DNA of 63,514 bases, counting the filler, from Octopus bimaculoides (taxonomy: Eukaryota), in NCBI RefSeq assembly GCF_001194135.2. It is 10 parts of 10 records of this genome, joined end to end, with 100 filler letters (N's around TTAATTAATTAA, not from the genome) between each part and the next. Parts side by side here need not be neighbours in the genome. Positions count along the whole stretch, not along the records: positions 62,339 to 63,514 come from NW_026317853.1; 9 more parts are not named here. The stretch is one strand, 5' to 3'. The number at the start of each line of letters is the position of its first letter. The stretch's first letter is position 1. Under the pieces are notes generated by a model that worked only from the letters and a program-made list of their open reading frames with translations, was not told the origin of the DNA and did not search any database. The translations under genes and the position numbers were made by a program. Positions 62,736 to 63,514 of this stretch are shown piece after piece.

Positions 62736-62903
62736 GGTATTTCGTCTACCGTTACGTTCTGAGTTCAAATTCCGCCGAGGTCGACTTTGCCTTTCATCCT
62801 TTCGGGGTCGATGAATTAAGTACCAGTTACGCACTGGGGTCGATGTAATCGACTTAATCCGTTTGTCTATCCTTGTTTGTCCCCTTGTGGGCAATAAAGA
62901 AAA
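62736..62903 (+). mobile_element. SINE family A (tail type 2), 5'-truncated
   Basis: GGTATTTCGTC...GAGTTCAAATTCCGCCGAGGTCGACTTTGCCTTTCATCCTTTCGGGGTCGATGAATTAAGTACCAG...CCCCTTGTGGGCAATAAAGAAA. Confidence 0.9.
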
Positions 62904-62992
62904 AAAAAGATAGATAGACAGTTATACCGACAGACAGACAGACGGGTAGATAGACTGATAGATAGATAGACAGACAGATAAACCGACAGACG

Positions 62993-63036
<44 letters not shown>

Positions 63037-63480
63037 TTAATATTAGTGAATGCGTGTATTAATCTTTTTATCCGTGTAATTATGCGTGTGCCTAAACGCA
63101 ATGGTGGTAATGTCCACGAACCAACGCAAGAATCAGAGAAATGCAATGGTTTTCCCAACAGAGTTCTCTGTTCTGCCAATCAGAGTTCCACGTTGACTCC
63201 AAGAATTATATAGTCACTGGTTATCATAATCCTACCAGACTAACCCCCTCTCTCTCTGTTTCTCTTTCTCTCTCACTCTCCCCCTCTCACTCTCCCTCTC
63301 TCCCTGTCTCTCGCTCGCTCGCTCTAACATTCTATTTTACCCTGTTCCGTTATTCTCTTTATTCCTCCCTCTCACGCGTCCACACTACGTCTTTCTTTCT
63401 ATATCGGTTTCGCTCTGTATGATTCTATATCTTTCTTTTTCCATTTTACTATGCATCAACCTATTCATCAATCCACCTCA

Positions 63481-63514
<34 letters not shown>

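Noticed and set aside
786-63422. The many long ORFs in the supplied track (poly-IY, HT, CV, S/L/F, X runs)
   Set aside because: They are translations of (AT)n, (CA)n, (TTC)n tracts and N gaps, with no protein-like complexity.
1-63514. CRISPR array, rRNA, operon-like or prokaryotic defence systems
   Set aside because: No repeat-spacer array, rRNA homology or prokaryotic gene density; the sequence is animal repeat-rich DNA.

Overview
Eukaryotic, AT-rich, gap-ridden non-coding window (about a fifth N). The SINE and microsatellite repertoire resembles an octopus/coleoid cephalopod genome; that assignment is from recall of repeat families and was not checked against a database. I found no confidently recognisable host gene. 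Almost all long six-frame ORFs are microsatellite or N-run artefacts. Real content is decayed transposons: R4/Dong-type RLE LINE pieces, Penelope-like element (PLE) RT/GIY-YIG relics, RTE fragments, a DD37D maT and a mariner relic, mariner/Tigger/hAT MITEs, a hAT transposase relic and many tRNA-derived SINEs. The notable signal is RNA-level. About 15 minimal type-I hammerhead ribozyme (HHR) motifs from several sequence families are readable, most with a palindromic stem III, the form known to cleave as dimers in PLEs. One family is fused behind a tRNA-derived Pol III head, giving a SINE with a built-in hammerhead. Five loci show retroelement 3' ends joined head-to-head as inverted repeats or hairpins. 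Family labels A, B, D and E are my own working names.
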